A stretch of DNA of 35,483 nt from the IMG/VR virus record IMGVR_UViG_3300012942_000541, positions 1 to 35,483 of that record; one strand, 5' to 3'. This document shows, one piece after another, positions 9,058 through 18,861 of the stretch. A program made the translations under genes and the position numbers. The notes under the pieces were generated by a model that searched no databases, was not told where the DNA came from, and worked only from the letters and a program-made list of their open reading frames with translations. The number at the start of each line of letters is the position of its first letter. Position 1 is the first letter of the stretch. This DNA comes from a virus (lineage: Duplodnaviria; Caudoviricetes).

Positions 9058-10065
9058 ATGGCTACCCAGGTCAACCAGACGTTCGATTCCTACGATTCGA
9101 ACTCGAACCGGGAAGTGTTCTCGGATATCATCAGCAATTTGACGCCCTACGAGACACCTCTGTTCTCCAATTCCGGGGACCAGAACGTGAAGGGCGTCGA
9201 TCCGATGTGGCAGACGGATACGCTCGCCACCCCGGACACGGACAACGCCCATCTGGAAGGCGAGGTCTATACCTTCGAAACCGTCGAAGCGACCGACCGC
9301 GTGAAGAACTATACGCAGATCTTCTCGAAACGGTTCATCGTCTCGGCGACGCAGGAAGTGGTCGATAAGGCCGGCAAGACTTCCGACGTTGCCTATGAGA
9401 AGGTGAAGAAGGGCCGCGAGATCAAGATCGACATGGAAGTCGCCATGTTGTCCAATCAGGCTTCCGTCGCCGGCTCCTCGTCGGTGGCGCGTCGTCTCGG
9501 CGGTCTTCGTGCATGGATCGCCACGAACGACCTGATGGGAACCGGCGGCGCGTCGGGCGGATACAATTCCGGCACCGGCGCGGTTGACGCCGCGACCAAC
9601 GGAACGCAGCGGACATGGACCAAGGCCATCATGGATTCCCAAATCCAGGCGGCTTACGTCTCCGGCGGCAATCCCGACATGCTGATGGTATCTCCCTACC
9701 TGAAGCAGACGTTCTCCACCTTCATGTCGGACGCCAACGTCGCGCAGCAGCGCATGGCGGCGTCGAAATCCGCACAGGTGACGATCGTCGGCGCGGCGGA
9801 CACCTATCTCTCGGATTACGGAACGATCGAGGTCGTTCCGAACCGCCAGATGGTCCGTTCCTCGGGTCTCGCCCGCAATGCCTTCCTGATCGAGACCGAT
9901 AAGGTCAAGAAGGGCTGGCTGCGCAAGATCGGCGAGGACAAGGAAGTCGCCCACACTTCGGACGGCATTCCCGTGGTGATGAACGGCGAAATGACGCTGA
10001 TGGTCATGAACGAAGCCGCGCTCTCCGTGGGCGCGGATTTGTATGGCCTCACCGCCAGCTCGTAA
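9058..10065 (+). CDS. Major capsid protein (DUF5309/SU10-type)
   Basis: NREVFSDIISNLTPYETP, WQTDTL, NYTQIF, EIKIDME motifs. Confidence 0.92.
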   Translation: MATQVNQTFDSYDSNSNREVFSDIISNLTPYETPLFSNSGDQNVKGVDPMWQTDTLATPDTDNAHLEGEVYTFETVEATDRVKNYTQIFSKRFIVSATQEVVDKAGKTSDVAYEKVKKGREIKIDMEVAMLSNQASVAGSSSVARRLGGLRAWIATNDLMGTGGASGGYNSGTGAVDAATNGTQRTWTKAIMDSQIQAAYVSGGNPDMLMVSPYLKQTFSTFMSDANVAQQRMAASKSAQVTIVGAADTYLSDYGTIEVVPNRQMVRSSGLARNAFLIETDKVKKGWLRKIGEDKEVAHTSDGIPVVMNGEMTLMVMNEAALSVGADLYGLTASS

Positions 10066-10088
10066 CCCGCAATCGCAACGCTGATCAT

Positions 10089-10116
10089 GGGGTCGGGTGA
10101 AAGCCCGGCTCCTTTC
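10089..10116 (+). terminator. GAAA-tetraloop hairpin after the capsid gene (weak terminator or stabiliser)
   Basis: GGGGTCGGGT-GAAA-GCCCGGCTCC followed by only TTT. Confidence 0.5.
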
Positions 10117-10133
10117 AGCCTGGAGAACTCCCC

Positions 10134-10700
10134 ATGTCTCACACGACAGACACACCGGCATCCATCGGCAAGCAGGCCGATGCACCGGATTCCGGATCGG
10201 TGACGCTGATCGCCAATGGCGTCCAGTACCCGAATTTCAACCTGACGTTCGTTCTCGACAATGCCGGCGTTCCGGTCACGGACGCCAGTACGAGTGGATC
10301 GTATGGCGCTCTGAAACTGTTCGATTTCATCAAGGGCGCCGTGCATTTCGATGCGTCATATCAGAACTATACCGCCTTCGAGGAGGGTGCTGATCTGACA
10401 GGAGGTGCGGGCGATGCGTCGTTCGCCATCGGCGTCGGAACCGCTGGCATCGCGGCGGCGGCAGACGGCGCTTTGGCGACGACCTCCGTCGATCTCGGCA
10501 CATCGATCAGCGTCACGCTGTCGGGCGGCACCGGAACTGGCACGGCGGTCAAGGCGATTAACGCCGTATTCGACGGATCGGGCACCGCGAAGAGCATCTA
10601 TCTCAACGTCTCCGGCACCGCCGCGACGATCGATGCGAGTTCGACGCTCTCCGTCACCGGCACGGTAACGGTCTCGGGTTCGTTCCTGCCTGCTGACTAA
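10134..10700 (+). CDS. Putative capsid decoration protein
   Basis: Gly/Ala/Thr-rich beta protein after the capsid gene; GGAG RBS. Confidence 0.6.
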   Translation: MSHTTDTPASIGKQADAPDSGSVTLIANGVQYPNFNLTFVLDNAGVPVTDASTSGSYGALKLFDFIKGAVHFDASYQNYTAFEEGADLTGGAGDASFAIGVGTAGIAAAADGALATTSVDLGTSISVTLSGGTGTGTAVKAINAVFDGSGTAKSIYLNVSGTAATIDASSTLSVTGTVTVSGSFLPAD

Positions 10701-10724
10701 ACCGGTCCGACATCACCGCAACGC

Positions 10725-10757
10725 GGGCCGCTCCAATCTCGGGGCGGCCTTTTTCTT
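10725..10757 (+). terminator. Rho-independent terminator
   Basis: GGGCCGCTCC-AATCTC-GGGGCGGCCT then TTTTCTT. Confidence 0.8.
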
Positions 10758-10774
10758 GACCCTCAGGAGAGATC

Positions 10775-11083
10775 ATGAGCGACACATCCAACGCGCCCGA
10801 AGCCGATGAGAAACGCGGCCCCGGCCGTCCACCGAATGCACCGCCGGTCCCCACGGATGCAAAGCCCAGCCTGCCGAAAGAGGCGACCATCGAAGTTGAA
10901 CTCCTGCGCAAATACGTGCCGGAAAACATCCTCAATGAGGATGGCAATCTCGCAGCGCAGCCGAACGACCAGAACAATGTCCCTCTCGCGGCCGGAACGA
11001 TCGTCAGGCTGCCGAAAAAGGAAGCATCACGCGTCGTCCAGCGCGGCATCGCCACATTGACGGATAACAGCTTTGGCGACTGA
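10775..11083 (+). CDS. Hypothetical virion-module protein
   Basis: AGGAG RBS; KRGPGRPP AT-hook-like motif. Confidence 0.7.
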   Translation: MSDTSNAPEADEKRGPGRPPNAPPVPTDAKPSLPKEATIEVELLRKYVPENILNEDGNLAAQPNDQNNVPLAAGTIVRLPKKEASRVVQRGIATLTDNSFGD

Positions 11084-11435
11084 GCGCATTGTCCGCAAGC
11101 CGCTCGGCACCGATCCCTTCGGCGGCGACGGCGAACTGATAGGCGAAGGACCGGATTTCCGGCTTTGGATGCGCCGGAATGTGGACGGCACCATCACGAC
11201 CTGCACGGAAAGCCTTATCGGCCCGGTGCTTGACGATAATGCCATCCGCCGCTCCGAAACCGAAGGCAAGCGCTGGGGCGACGGCCAGATCGTCGCGGCG
11301 GTTCCCAACTGCCTGCTCTATGGCGATGGCTACTACGCCAAGGCGCGGGCGGCCGGCGACAAGAAAGCGATGCTGAAGTTTCTGGACGACAGCGACAACC
11401 AGAAGCTTCGCATCAAGACCGGCAGGCTCCTATGA
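11073..11435 (+). CDS. Conserved hypothetical phage protein
   Basis: KFLDDSDNQKLRIKTGRL C-terminal motif typical of genes preceding the adaptor; start uncertain. Confidence 0.7.
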   Translation: MATERIVRKPLGTDPFGGDGELIGEGPDFRLWMRRNVDGTITTCTESLIGPVLDDNAIRRSETEGKRWGDGQIVAAVPNCLLYGDGYYAKARAAGDKKAMLKFLDDSDNQKLRIKTGRLL

Positions 11436-12016
11436 CACTCTCGACCTATGCCGGACTGCAATCGACGATCATCACCTATGCGTTTCGTTCGGGTGATGCG
11501 GATTTTACGGCCATGGTCCCGACCTTCATCGCATTGTGTGAAACCCGCGTCGGACGCGATCTGCGCGTCCGCGACATGGAAAAGACGGCGACGATCACGC
11601 TGGCGGACAATATTGGCGATCTGCCGGCAGATTATCTCCAAATCAAAAGCCTCATCGACACCAACCATCCGCATTGGACGCTGACATCCGGTTCGGTCGA
11701 TCAGGGCCGCGGATACGCCATCGAAGGATCGACGGTGAAGATTTTCGGCTGCGCGCAGACTGGCGATCTTTCGCTTTCCTATTATGCCGCTATCCCCGCG
11801 CTTTCGGACAGCAACACGACCAATTGGCTGCTCACAAAGGCGCCTGACATCTATCTCTACGGGTCCCTGATCGAAGCCATGCCGTTCATGATGGACGACC
11901 AGCGTACCGAAACATGGGCGACGCTCTATCAGAAGGCCGTTGATGAACTGCAAAGCGCCGACACCATGTCGCGGTTCGCGAATGCCGGCGTGAAAATCCA
12001 TGGGCCCACACCGTGA
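11432..12016 (+). CDS. Head-tail adaptor protein
   Basis: TYAGLQ..PTFIALCE..LRVRDME and TNWLLTKAPDIYLYGSL motifs. Confidence 0.8.
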   Translation: MTLSTYAGLQSTIITYAFRSGDADFTAMVPTFIALCETRVGRDLRVRDMEKTATITLADNIGDLPADYLQIKSLIDTNHPHWTLTSGSVDQGRGYAIEGSTVKIFGCAQTGDLSLSYYAAIPALSDSNTTNWLLTKAPDIYLYGSLIEAMPFMMDDQRTETWATLYQKAVDELQSADTMSRFANAGVKIHGPTP

Positions 12017-12210
12017 GCATCATCGCAGACGGCTCCGCGCCTTCATGGGCGCATGATCTCGCGCGCCAGATGACGGTTGCTCTCGCCAAGGTGAATGCGC
12101 GTCTGACGGCTCTGGAAACGACACAGAAAGCCTATGGAACGCGCCTGACCACGATCGAGACGACGCAAGCCGATCACGAAACGCGCATTGCAGCATTGGA
12201 AAATCCCTGA
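12013..12210 (+). CDS. Short coiled-coil protein (tail needle/plug-like)
   Basis: Heptads RLTALET/RLTTIET/RIAALEN; coupled to genes on both sides. Confidence 0.55.
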   Translation: MSIIADGSAPSWAHDLARQMTVALAKVNARLTALETTQKAYGTRLTTIETTQADHETRIAALENP

Positions 12211-14291
12211 TGCCGTCAACTCCTTCCACCAATCTCCGGATCGAACTGCAGGAGACGGGCGAAAACCTCAATACGTGGGGCATCGCGCTCAATTCCGCGA
12301 TCCAGCGTATCGAGGAAGCGCTGACGAAGATCGTCACGAAATCGCTGACCGGCGATTACACGCTGACATCCGTCAATTACACGACAGACGAAGCCCGGTC
12401 GGCGATGCTGTCCTTTACGGACGGCGGATTGTCGGCGGCTCCGACCATTACCGTTCCTGCGGTTTCGAAATTCTATTTCGTCCTCAATTCGGGGGCGACA
12501 TACGACATCAATTTCACTGCCGGGAACACTTCGGCGGCGGTGCGGCCTGGGACATTCGCGATCGTCTATTGCGACGGCACGGATTGCTTCAACAACGAAC
12601 CGACGCTGGATTTGATCAAGAAGGCGGCGGCAAACGTCGATTTGGACAGCCACAAGATCATCAATCTCACCGATCCCACAGCCGCTCAGGACGCGGCGAC
12701 GAAGAACTATATCGATACTCTGGCGGCTTCGAGCGATCTCGGCACCGTCGCGGCCATCGCGGATGATATCTCGACGGTGGCAGGCATTGCCACAAGCGTA
12801 CCGACAGTGGCGGCGATTGATGACGATATTTCGACGGTAGCGGGCATAGCGGGCCATGTCACGACCGTAGCTAACAGGGACGCGGATATCGGAACGGTCG
12901 CGGATCGCGATGCGGATATCGGCACGCTGGCTGATATCGAGGATGGCACCACGGCTACGGGAGCGATCCGGGCTGTTGCAGCCGTCGCAAGCAATGTCAC
13001 CACCGTCGCCGGGATTTCCGATGACGTAACGACCGTCGCCGGAAACAACACGGATATCAGCACCATCGCCGGCAGCATTGCCGATGTGAATACGTGCGCG
13101 GACAATATAGCGGATATCCAGGCAGCGGCGGCGCTCTCGGAAATTCTCGTTTTCGACGATACCGCAGCCGCTGAAGCCGCGACGGTTGCGTCAACCATCA
13201 AGACGCTCATCGTCGGCGGAGAGAATTTTATCCGGGTCACGGCGGATTATGCCGGTTTGGGCCCGGAACTGATCACGAATGGTGATTTCGGCAGTTCTAC
13301 GGGTTGGGCTTTAGGCACAGGCTGGGCTATCTCAGGTGGAGTTGCCACTTTCACCGGGCCAGCATCAAATGGCGTAGCTAGCCAGACGATCAGCATTGTC
13401 AATGGAACGGCCTATTACAAGCAGTTCGACATCACCGCACAGTCCGGCGACGCCAGCTGTGGTGTATGGGTATTCGGGGACAGCCGCAGCGCATTCGATA
13501 CGGTTGATCACCACGCGGAAGTCGGTCTTTGCCTTTCGTCGGGGAATGGAGCCGGTCTTATCGCCAATGCTACCACCGGTTCTCTTTCCGTCGATAACGT
13601 CAGCATCAAAGCCCTCCCGGATTCTGCTTTCAAATCAGCGGACGGTCAATGGTGGGTGCCGGCGCTTGCCCTTGGCGATCTGGCAACGAAGGACAAAGCG
13701 TCCGTTTCCGACATCGATGCGACCGGAACGGCCTCGGGAAGCACTTTCCTTGCCGGTGATGGAAGCTGGAAAGCAACTAATATCGTGCGCGGCACGCCCG
13801 CCGTTCTCTCCAATGACGCCAGCGCTGATTTCACCATCGATTCCACCAAGGACGAGACCAGCTTCCACTTCAAGAACGTCGTGCCGGCGACGGATGCCGT
13901 CAATCTCCTGATTCTGGCGTCAACCGATAGCGGCAGCACCTTTGCGGAATCGATCGTTCTGAAAGGAGTCTATAACAGCAGCACTGCTGCAAATGGCTAT
14001 CAGGTGACGGCCACAACCACCGGCGCGGCCCTGAATGAAACGGGCGACACCATCGGCAGCGATACGAACGAATTCGGTCTGAGCGGGGTCCTCACCTTCC
14101 GCCAGGCATCGGGAGAATACGCGCTGTTCGAATTCATCGGCTCCTTCATCTCGTCATCTTCAGGCGCGTTGATCTTTATAACGGGGGGCGGCGAAGTTCA
14201 GACGACTTCCGCCATTACCACTATCCGTTTCAAATTTTCATCGGGAAATATGGAAAGCGGGACCATCGTTCCCGTGACATTGGGGGCCTGA
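12210..14291 (+). CDS. Tail fibre protein
   Basis: TGENLNTWG N-terminus, PTAAQDAATKNYID motif, 10-aa repeats, beta-rich tip; followed by a chaperone. Confidence 0.85.
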   Translation: MPSTPSTNLRIELQETGENLNTWGIALNSAIQRIEEALTKIVTKSLTGDYTLTSVNYTTDEARSAMLSFTDGGLSAAPTITVPAVSKFYFVLNSGATYDINFTAGNTSAAVRPGTFAIVYCDGTDCFNNEPTLDLIKKAAANVDLDSHKIINLTDPTAAQDAATKNYIDTLAASSDLGTVAAIADDISTVAGIATSVPTVAAIDDDISTVAGIAGHVTTVANRDADIGTVADRDADIGTLADIEDGTTATGAIRAVAAVASNVTTVAGISDDVTTVAGNNTDISTIAGSIADVNTCADNIADIQAAAALSEILVFDDTAAAEAATVASTIKTLIVGGENFIRVTADYAGLGPELITNGDFGSSTGWALGTGWAISGGVATFTGPASNGVASQTISIVNGTAYYKQFDITAQSGDASCGVWVFGDSRSAFDTVDHHAEVGLCLSSGNGAGLIANATTGSLSVDNVSIKALPDSAFKSADGQWWVPALALGDLATKDKASVSDIDATGTASGSTFLAGDGSWKATNIVRGTPAVLSNDASADFTIDSTKDETSFHFKNVVPATDAVNLLILASTDSGSTFAESIVLKGVYNSSTAANGYQVTATTTGAALNETGDTIGSDTNEFGLSGVLTFRQASGEYALFEFIGSFISSSSGALIFITGGGEVQTTSAITTIRFKFSSGNMESGTIVPVTLGA
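12741..13120 (+). repeat. 10-aa coding repeats in the fibre shaft
   Basis: GTVAAIADDI/STVAGIATSV/PTVAAIDDDI/STVAGIAGHV/TTVANRDADI/GTVADRDADI... Confidence 0.85.
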
Positions 14292-14729
14292 ATGCCGACC
14301 AAGAAGGTTGACGGTCAGACCGTCGAAATCACCCAAGACGAATACGACGCCATGTTCCCGGTTCCGACGCTGGACGAACAGAAGGCGGCGAAGCTCGCGG
14401 CATTGGCTTACAAGCGATGGCAGGTGGCGACGGGGGGCATCACCGTGGAAAGCCTCTCCGTTCCGACCGACGACACCACCCAATTGAAGGCGACGGCGGC
14501 GTACGTCAAGGCGACGAAGGATTCCGATTTTTCGATTTCGAGCTGGAAACTTCCGGATGGAACATTCATGGCGCTCGATAACGCGACGATCATCGCCATA
14601 GGCGACGCCATCACCGATCATATCGAGGCCTGCTTCGATAACGAAGCCACGCTCACGACCGCGATCAACGCTGCTGCGGACCAAACCGCTTTGAACGCGG
14701 TGGACATCACCTCCGGCTGGCCTTCCTGA
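14292..14729 (+). CDS. DUF4376-like tail fibre assembly protein
   Basis: KRWQVATGGI..WKLPDGTF..IEACFDNE..GWP pattern. Confidence 0.8.
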   Translation: MPTKKVDGQTVEITQDEYDAMFPVPTLDEQKAAKLAALAYKRWQVATGGITVESLSVPTDDTTQLKATAAYVKATKDSDFSISSWKLPDGTFMALDNATIIAIGDAITDHIEACFDNEATLTTAINAAADQTALNAVDITSGWPS

Positions 14730-14745
14730 CAGAGGAGAACCCCGA

Positions 14746-15327
14746 ATGACGGTTCTTGACGATTTTCTCGCCTCCCAAGCCAATGGCGTGCCGCCTCCGA
14801 TCATCGGGCCGGGAGGCGTCGAAACGCTGCCGACCGGCGTTTCCGTCGCCGATCCACAAGCCGAAGTCGCGCAATATTATCAAACATATCTCGGCCGCGC
14901 GCCAGACCCGTCCGGTCTTGCCTACTGGACCCAACAGTTGCAGCAGAACCCGTATCTCAATCTCCAAACGCAGTTCGCATGGTCGCCGGAAGCGGTGGCG
15001 AATCGCGCGGCGGCGAACACGTTCCCGACAGGCATCGCGCAGACATCCACCACGCCGGCCGCCGCGAGCGACCAGAATGGCGGCTTGGGCGGCCTTGGCG
15101 GTCTCGGCCCGCTTGCGCGACAGATGCAAAACATACTGAGCGGTTGGCAATCCACTTTCGGCCAAAAACCGGGACAGCAATATGATCCAACCGCTGTTGG
15201 CGGGACATTCTCCGATGTCCAATCGCCCGTTTATCGCCCGAACAACAAGGGGCCAAACGGTAACGCGCCGACGAATGGCTACAGCAACGGATGGGCGAGC
15301 AACAGTCCGTTCAGGGCCTCGTTCTGA
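14746..15327 (+). CDS. Virion protein with DUF4214-like motif
   Basis: VAQYYQTYLGRAPDPSGLAYWTQQL...FAWSPEA; AGGAG RBS. Confidence 0.65.
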   Translation: MTVLDDFLASQANGVPPPIIGPGGVETLPTGVSVADPQAEVAQYYQTYLGRAPDPSGLAYWTQQLQQNPYLNLQTQFAWSPEAVANRAAANTFPTGIAQTSTTPAAASDQNGGLGGLGGLGPLARQMQNILSGWQSTFGQKPGQQYDPTAVGGTFSDVQSPVYRPNNKGPNGNAPTNGYSNGWASNSPFRASF

Positions 15328-17478
15328 ATGCTGACGGCCATCGAATTCCAGCCGGGCATCGTCCTCGACGATACCGACTCGGCGGACGCCAACCAATATA
15401 AGGACGGCAACAACATCCGTTTCGTGCGCGACCACGCCGAAGTCATAGGCGGCTGGGAATTAATCGGCGGGGATACCTTCACCAATCCGGCGCGGGGCGC
15501 GCATGCGTGGTCCGCATCGACGGGCGACAGGGTTGCCGCGTTCGGCACGTCCTCAACGCTCTATGCCTTTTATGGTGGCGCGATCATCGACATCACGCCG
15601 CAGAAAAGCGCAGGGTCTCTCGTCAGCCCTTTCACCACCGTGGACGGCTCTGATGTCGTCACCGTCGCGGATCAGGATCATGGGTTGAAGGACGGTGATG
15701 TCGTCACGTTCTCTAACGCCTCCGCGACGGTCGGCGGTCTAACGATCGACGGTGATTACACCGTCAAGGTCCTCACAATCGACAGTTACCAGATCACCAC
15801 TGCCAGCGCCGCAACCAGTTCGGCGACAGGCGGCGGCGTCGTCGAGTTCTCCGTACCTCTTGATGAAGGCCTTGTCGATGGCATCGGCGGAACGGGTTGG
15901 GGAACAGGTCTTTACGGAGAAGGCTATTACGGGCTTCCGACCGGAGGCGACATCGATCCGCGTGTCTGGTCGCTCGACAATTGGGGATCGAACCTCAATG
16001 CGGTTCCGCGCAATGGCGCGCTCTATGAATGGCAGCCGCTCGCCTCCTACGACGACATCATGTCGAATGGCGATTTTTCATCGACCGACGACTGGACGGC
16101 GGGAACCGGTTGGTCGATCGCGGGAGGAAAGGCAACCGCGACCTCCGGGACGGAAAGCAAGCTGACGCAGGACGTAACCGGCAAGATGAGCGGCGGCGTC
16201 GTCTATACGATGACGATCGATGTCACTGTCACCGCAGGCGCCATGAAGCTTCAAATCCAGAGTTCCGATCTGGACGATAGCAGCAATCCGCTCGTTTATG
16301 ACGAAGGCGAGGTTTTCGATGTCACCGGCACCTATACGCGCCGGTTCTATGCGCCGGCCGATCCGACGACGCTCATATTCCTGAAGAACAGCACCTTCGC
16401 CGGTTCGATCAACAGCGTGTCGGTCAAGGTCGAGAGCAAGGCCTACCGCATCCACAATGCGCCGGAATATTCCATCGGCATGTTCATTGATCCGAACCGG
16501 ATCGTGGTTCTCTATGGCACGATCGGAACCTCTGGAGGCTACAACCCGCTTCTGGTGAGGTGGTCCGATCAGGAAGACAATACCGTCTGGATCGCGGATA
16601 CCGACAATTTGGCGGGCAGTTACACCCTCGCCAAGGGATCGCGCATCGTCGGCGGTCTGGCGGGGAGGGGACAGAACCTCATCTTCACCGATGAAGCGCT
16701 CTACACCATGACGTTCACCGGCGATACGACGACGGTGTTCAGCTTCCTTCTCGTCGGGTCCGGTTGCGGCCTTCTCGGCAAGAATGCGGCGGTGGAGCAT
16801 CAAGGCTCCGTCTATTGGTGGGCGAAAAACGGACAGTTCTACATCTACCGGGGCGGCGAACCGCAGATCATCGAATGCCCGATCCGGAAAACCATATGGG
16901 CGAACATGGCCCCGTCGCAGCAGGAGAAGGTTTATGCGGCGGTCAATTCGCAGTTCAAGGAAATCTGGTGGTTCTATCCCGACAAGCGGGACGGAACGGA
17001 ATGCTCCCGCTACGTCGCCTATAATTGGGCGACCAATGTCTGGTTCATCGGCGTCATTCCCCGCACCGCGTGGATTCCTGCCGGCGTTTATCCCAATCCG
17101 ATCGGGTTCGGCTCATCTGATGGCATGGCCTATTACCATGAACGCGGCACGACCGCGAATGGTGGAGTTCTGGATTGGTTTCTGGAGACCGGGAAGTTCA
17201 ACATTCAGGACGGCGACACCCTTCTGAAGATCACCCGCTATATCCCGGATTTCCAGAACCAGGTCGGCAATATCAATGTCGATTTCACATTCTGGCAATG
17301 GCCGCGCGGGCCTGAGATCAACGCCGGCTCCTATACGATCACGCCGACGACCGCCGCCATCAATTTCCGCCAACTCGGGCGCGAGGCCAGCATCAAATGG
17401 TCGGCCGGTTCAAACAACAGAGGCGCGCGCTGGGGCACGCACCGGCTGGACGTGGATAAGACGGGCGCGCGACGGTGA
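15328..17478 (+). CDS. Tail nozzle / DNA stabilisation protein with inserted domains
   Basis: WSLDNWG, VRWSDQED, LIFTDEALY, FKEIWWFYP motifs; DHGLKDGDVVTFS beta insert. Confidence 0.8.
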   Translation: MLTAIEFQPGIVLDDTDSADANQYKDGNNIRFVRDHAEVIGGWELIGGDTFTNPARGAHAWSASTGDRVAAFGTSSTLYAFYGGAIIDITPQKSAGSLVSPFTTVDGSDVVTVADQDHGLKDGDVVTFSNASATVGGLTIDGDYTVKVLTIDSYQITTASAATSSATGGGVVEFSVPLDEGLVDGIGGTGWGTGLYGEGYYGLPTGGDIDPRVWSLDNWGSNLNAVPRNGALYEWQPLASYDDIMSNGDFSSTDDWTAGTGWSIAGGKATATSGTESKLTQDVTGKMSGGVVYTMTIDVTVTAGAMKLQIQSSDLDDSSNPLVYDEGEVFDVTGTYTRRFYAPADPTTLIFLKNSTFAGSINSVSVKVESKAYRIHNAPEYSIGMFIDPNRIVVLYGTIGTSGGYNPLLVRWSDQEDNTVWIADTDNLAGSYTLAKGSRIVGGLAGRGQNLIFTDEALYTMTFTGDTTTVFSFLLVGSGCGLLGKNAAVEHQGSVYWWAKNGQFYIYRGGEPQIIECPIRKTIWANMAPSQQEKVYAAVNSQFKEIWWFYPDKRDGTECSRYVAYNWATNVWFIGVIPRTAWIPAGVYPNPIGFGSSDGMAYYHERGTTANGGVLDWFLETGKFNIQDGDTLLKITRYIPDFQNQVGNINVDFTFWQWPRGPEINAGSYTITPTTAAINFRQLGREASIKWSAGSNNRGARWGTHRLDVDKTGARR

Positions 17479-17894
17479 AGACCACGGCTGTTTTCGACAG
17501 GCGACGCTATGGCCCGCAGTCGATTTCCAGAATGCCGGACTTGCTCGAGCGGTTCAACAAGGCTTGGCCCGTTCTGGAGAAGGCGACGACAAAGGTCACG
17601 ACGCTCAGCCGCGAATTCGTCTGGAATGAACTCGCTTCGGGACGATCAAGGCTCTGGACGAACAAGGAAAGCGCCGGGGTTACGTCGTTCCGGGATCTGC
17701 CGAACGGCGAAAAGGCGGTCTTCATCTGGCTTGGCGCGGGCAATCTCGCTGAAATCAAGGAAGTTCTTCCGAAAATCGAACGGCATGGCCGGGCGCGCGG
17801 ATGCAGCCGGGTCATGCTTCAAGGCCGTTTGGGCTGGATGCGCGCCTTTCCCGACTACGCGCTCGATTGCGTGACTTTAATGAAGGATATTTGA
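17475..17894 (+). CDS. GNAT-fold virion morphogenesis protein
   Basis: ARGCSRVMLQGRLGWMR motif; between nozzle and ejection genes. Confidence 0.65.
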   Translation: MKTTAVFDRRRYGPQSISRMPDLLERFNKAWPVLEKATTKVTTLSREFVWNELASGRSRLWTNKESAGVTSFRDLPNGEKAVFIWLGAGNLAEIKEVLPKIERHGRARGCSRVMLQGRLGWMRAFPDYALDCVTLMKDI

Positions 17895-17895
17895 C

Positions 17896-18858
17896 ATGCC
17901 TCCGTCAGACGTGACCACGACGCAGAAGACCGAATATCCGCAATGGACGCAGGACGCGACGCAGGGCCTCAATCAGGCCGGCCAGTCGGTTTATCAAGGC
18001 TTTGTCAACGCGCCTGCCTATGCCACGGCCGGCCTCAATATCGACCAGCAGAAATCGTTCGATCTGGCGCGGCAGATGGCGCAAAACGCCTTCACCAGCG
18101 GTCCGACGCAGATCAACGGCTCGACACAGGCGACGGCGGCGACGGTCGGTGCTCCCACCATGGCGACGGCGCAGACGCTCAATCCGAACGATATCGCGTC
18201 GTACATGAACCCGTATATGCAAAACGTCATCAATCCCGTGGTGACGCAGGCGCGTTCCGACCTGAACAACCAGCAGGCGACTATCGGGGCGAATGCGGCG
18301 GCAGCGGGCGCTTTTGGCGGAGATCGCGAGGCGCTGGAACGCGGTCTGGCGGATCGGAACTACAACAATTCCGTCAGCAGCACTGTCGCAAATCTCATGG
18401 CGCAGGGCTATTCCCAAGCACAGGCGGCGGCTGAGGCCGATGCGCAAGCGCGTCAGCAGACATCTTTGGCGAACCAGTCGGCGGCGAATAATGCCAGTCT
18501 CCAGCAGGCGGCGTACGATCAGGCCGTCGCCTTGGCAAACCCCAGCCTGAACCTCCAGACAGCGCAATTGACCGATGCTTTGAAGGGCACCAACCAATCG
18601 CAGGAACTGACGGCGTTGCAGGCCCTGCTTGGCATCGGAAACCAGCAGCAGCAGCAGGCGCAAAACGTGATCGACACGCCGTTCACCGCGCTCCAGCGCC
18701 TCGCGGCGCTGACGCCGCAGGTTTACGACCAAACGTCTTCGACCACTCAGCCCGGGACATCGCCGCTCCAATCGATCCTGGGGCTTGGCTTGTCGATCGC
18801 CGGGATGCCGGTCGCTGGCGGCGGTTCGCTTCTCGGCAATGCTCTTTCGGGCATCTAA
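17896..18858 (+). CDS. Ejection (DNA transfer) protein 1
   Basis: Q/A/N-rich, YMNPYMQNV, AGAFGGDR motif, glycine-rich hydrophobic C-terminus. Confidence 0.75.
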   Translation: MPPSDVTTTQKTEYPQWTQDATQGLNQAGQSVYQGFVNAPAYATAGLNIDQQKSFDLARQMAQNAFTSGPTQINGSTQATAATVGAPTMATAQTLNPNDIASYMNPYMQNVINPVVTQARSDLNNQQATIGANAAAAGAFGGDREALERGLADRNYNNSVSSTVANLMAQGYSQAQAAAEADAQARQQTSLANQSAANNASLQQAAYDQAVALANPSLNLQTAQLTDALKGTNQSQELTALQALLGIGNQQQQQAQNVIDTPFTALQRLAALTPQVYDQTSSTTQPGTSPLQSILGLGLSIAGMPVAGGGSLLGNALSGI

Positions 18859-18861
18859 AGC

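Noticed and set aside
12210-14729. Diversity-generating retroelement or invertible fibre cassette
   Set aside because: No reverse transcriptase, invertase or duplicated tip sequence seen in the window
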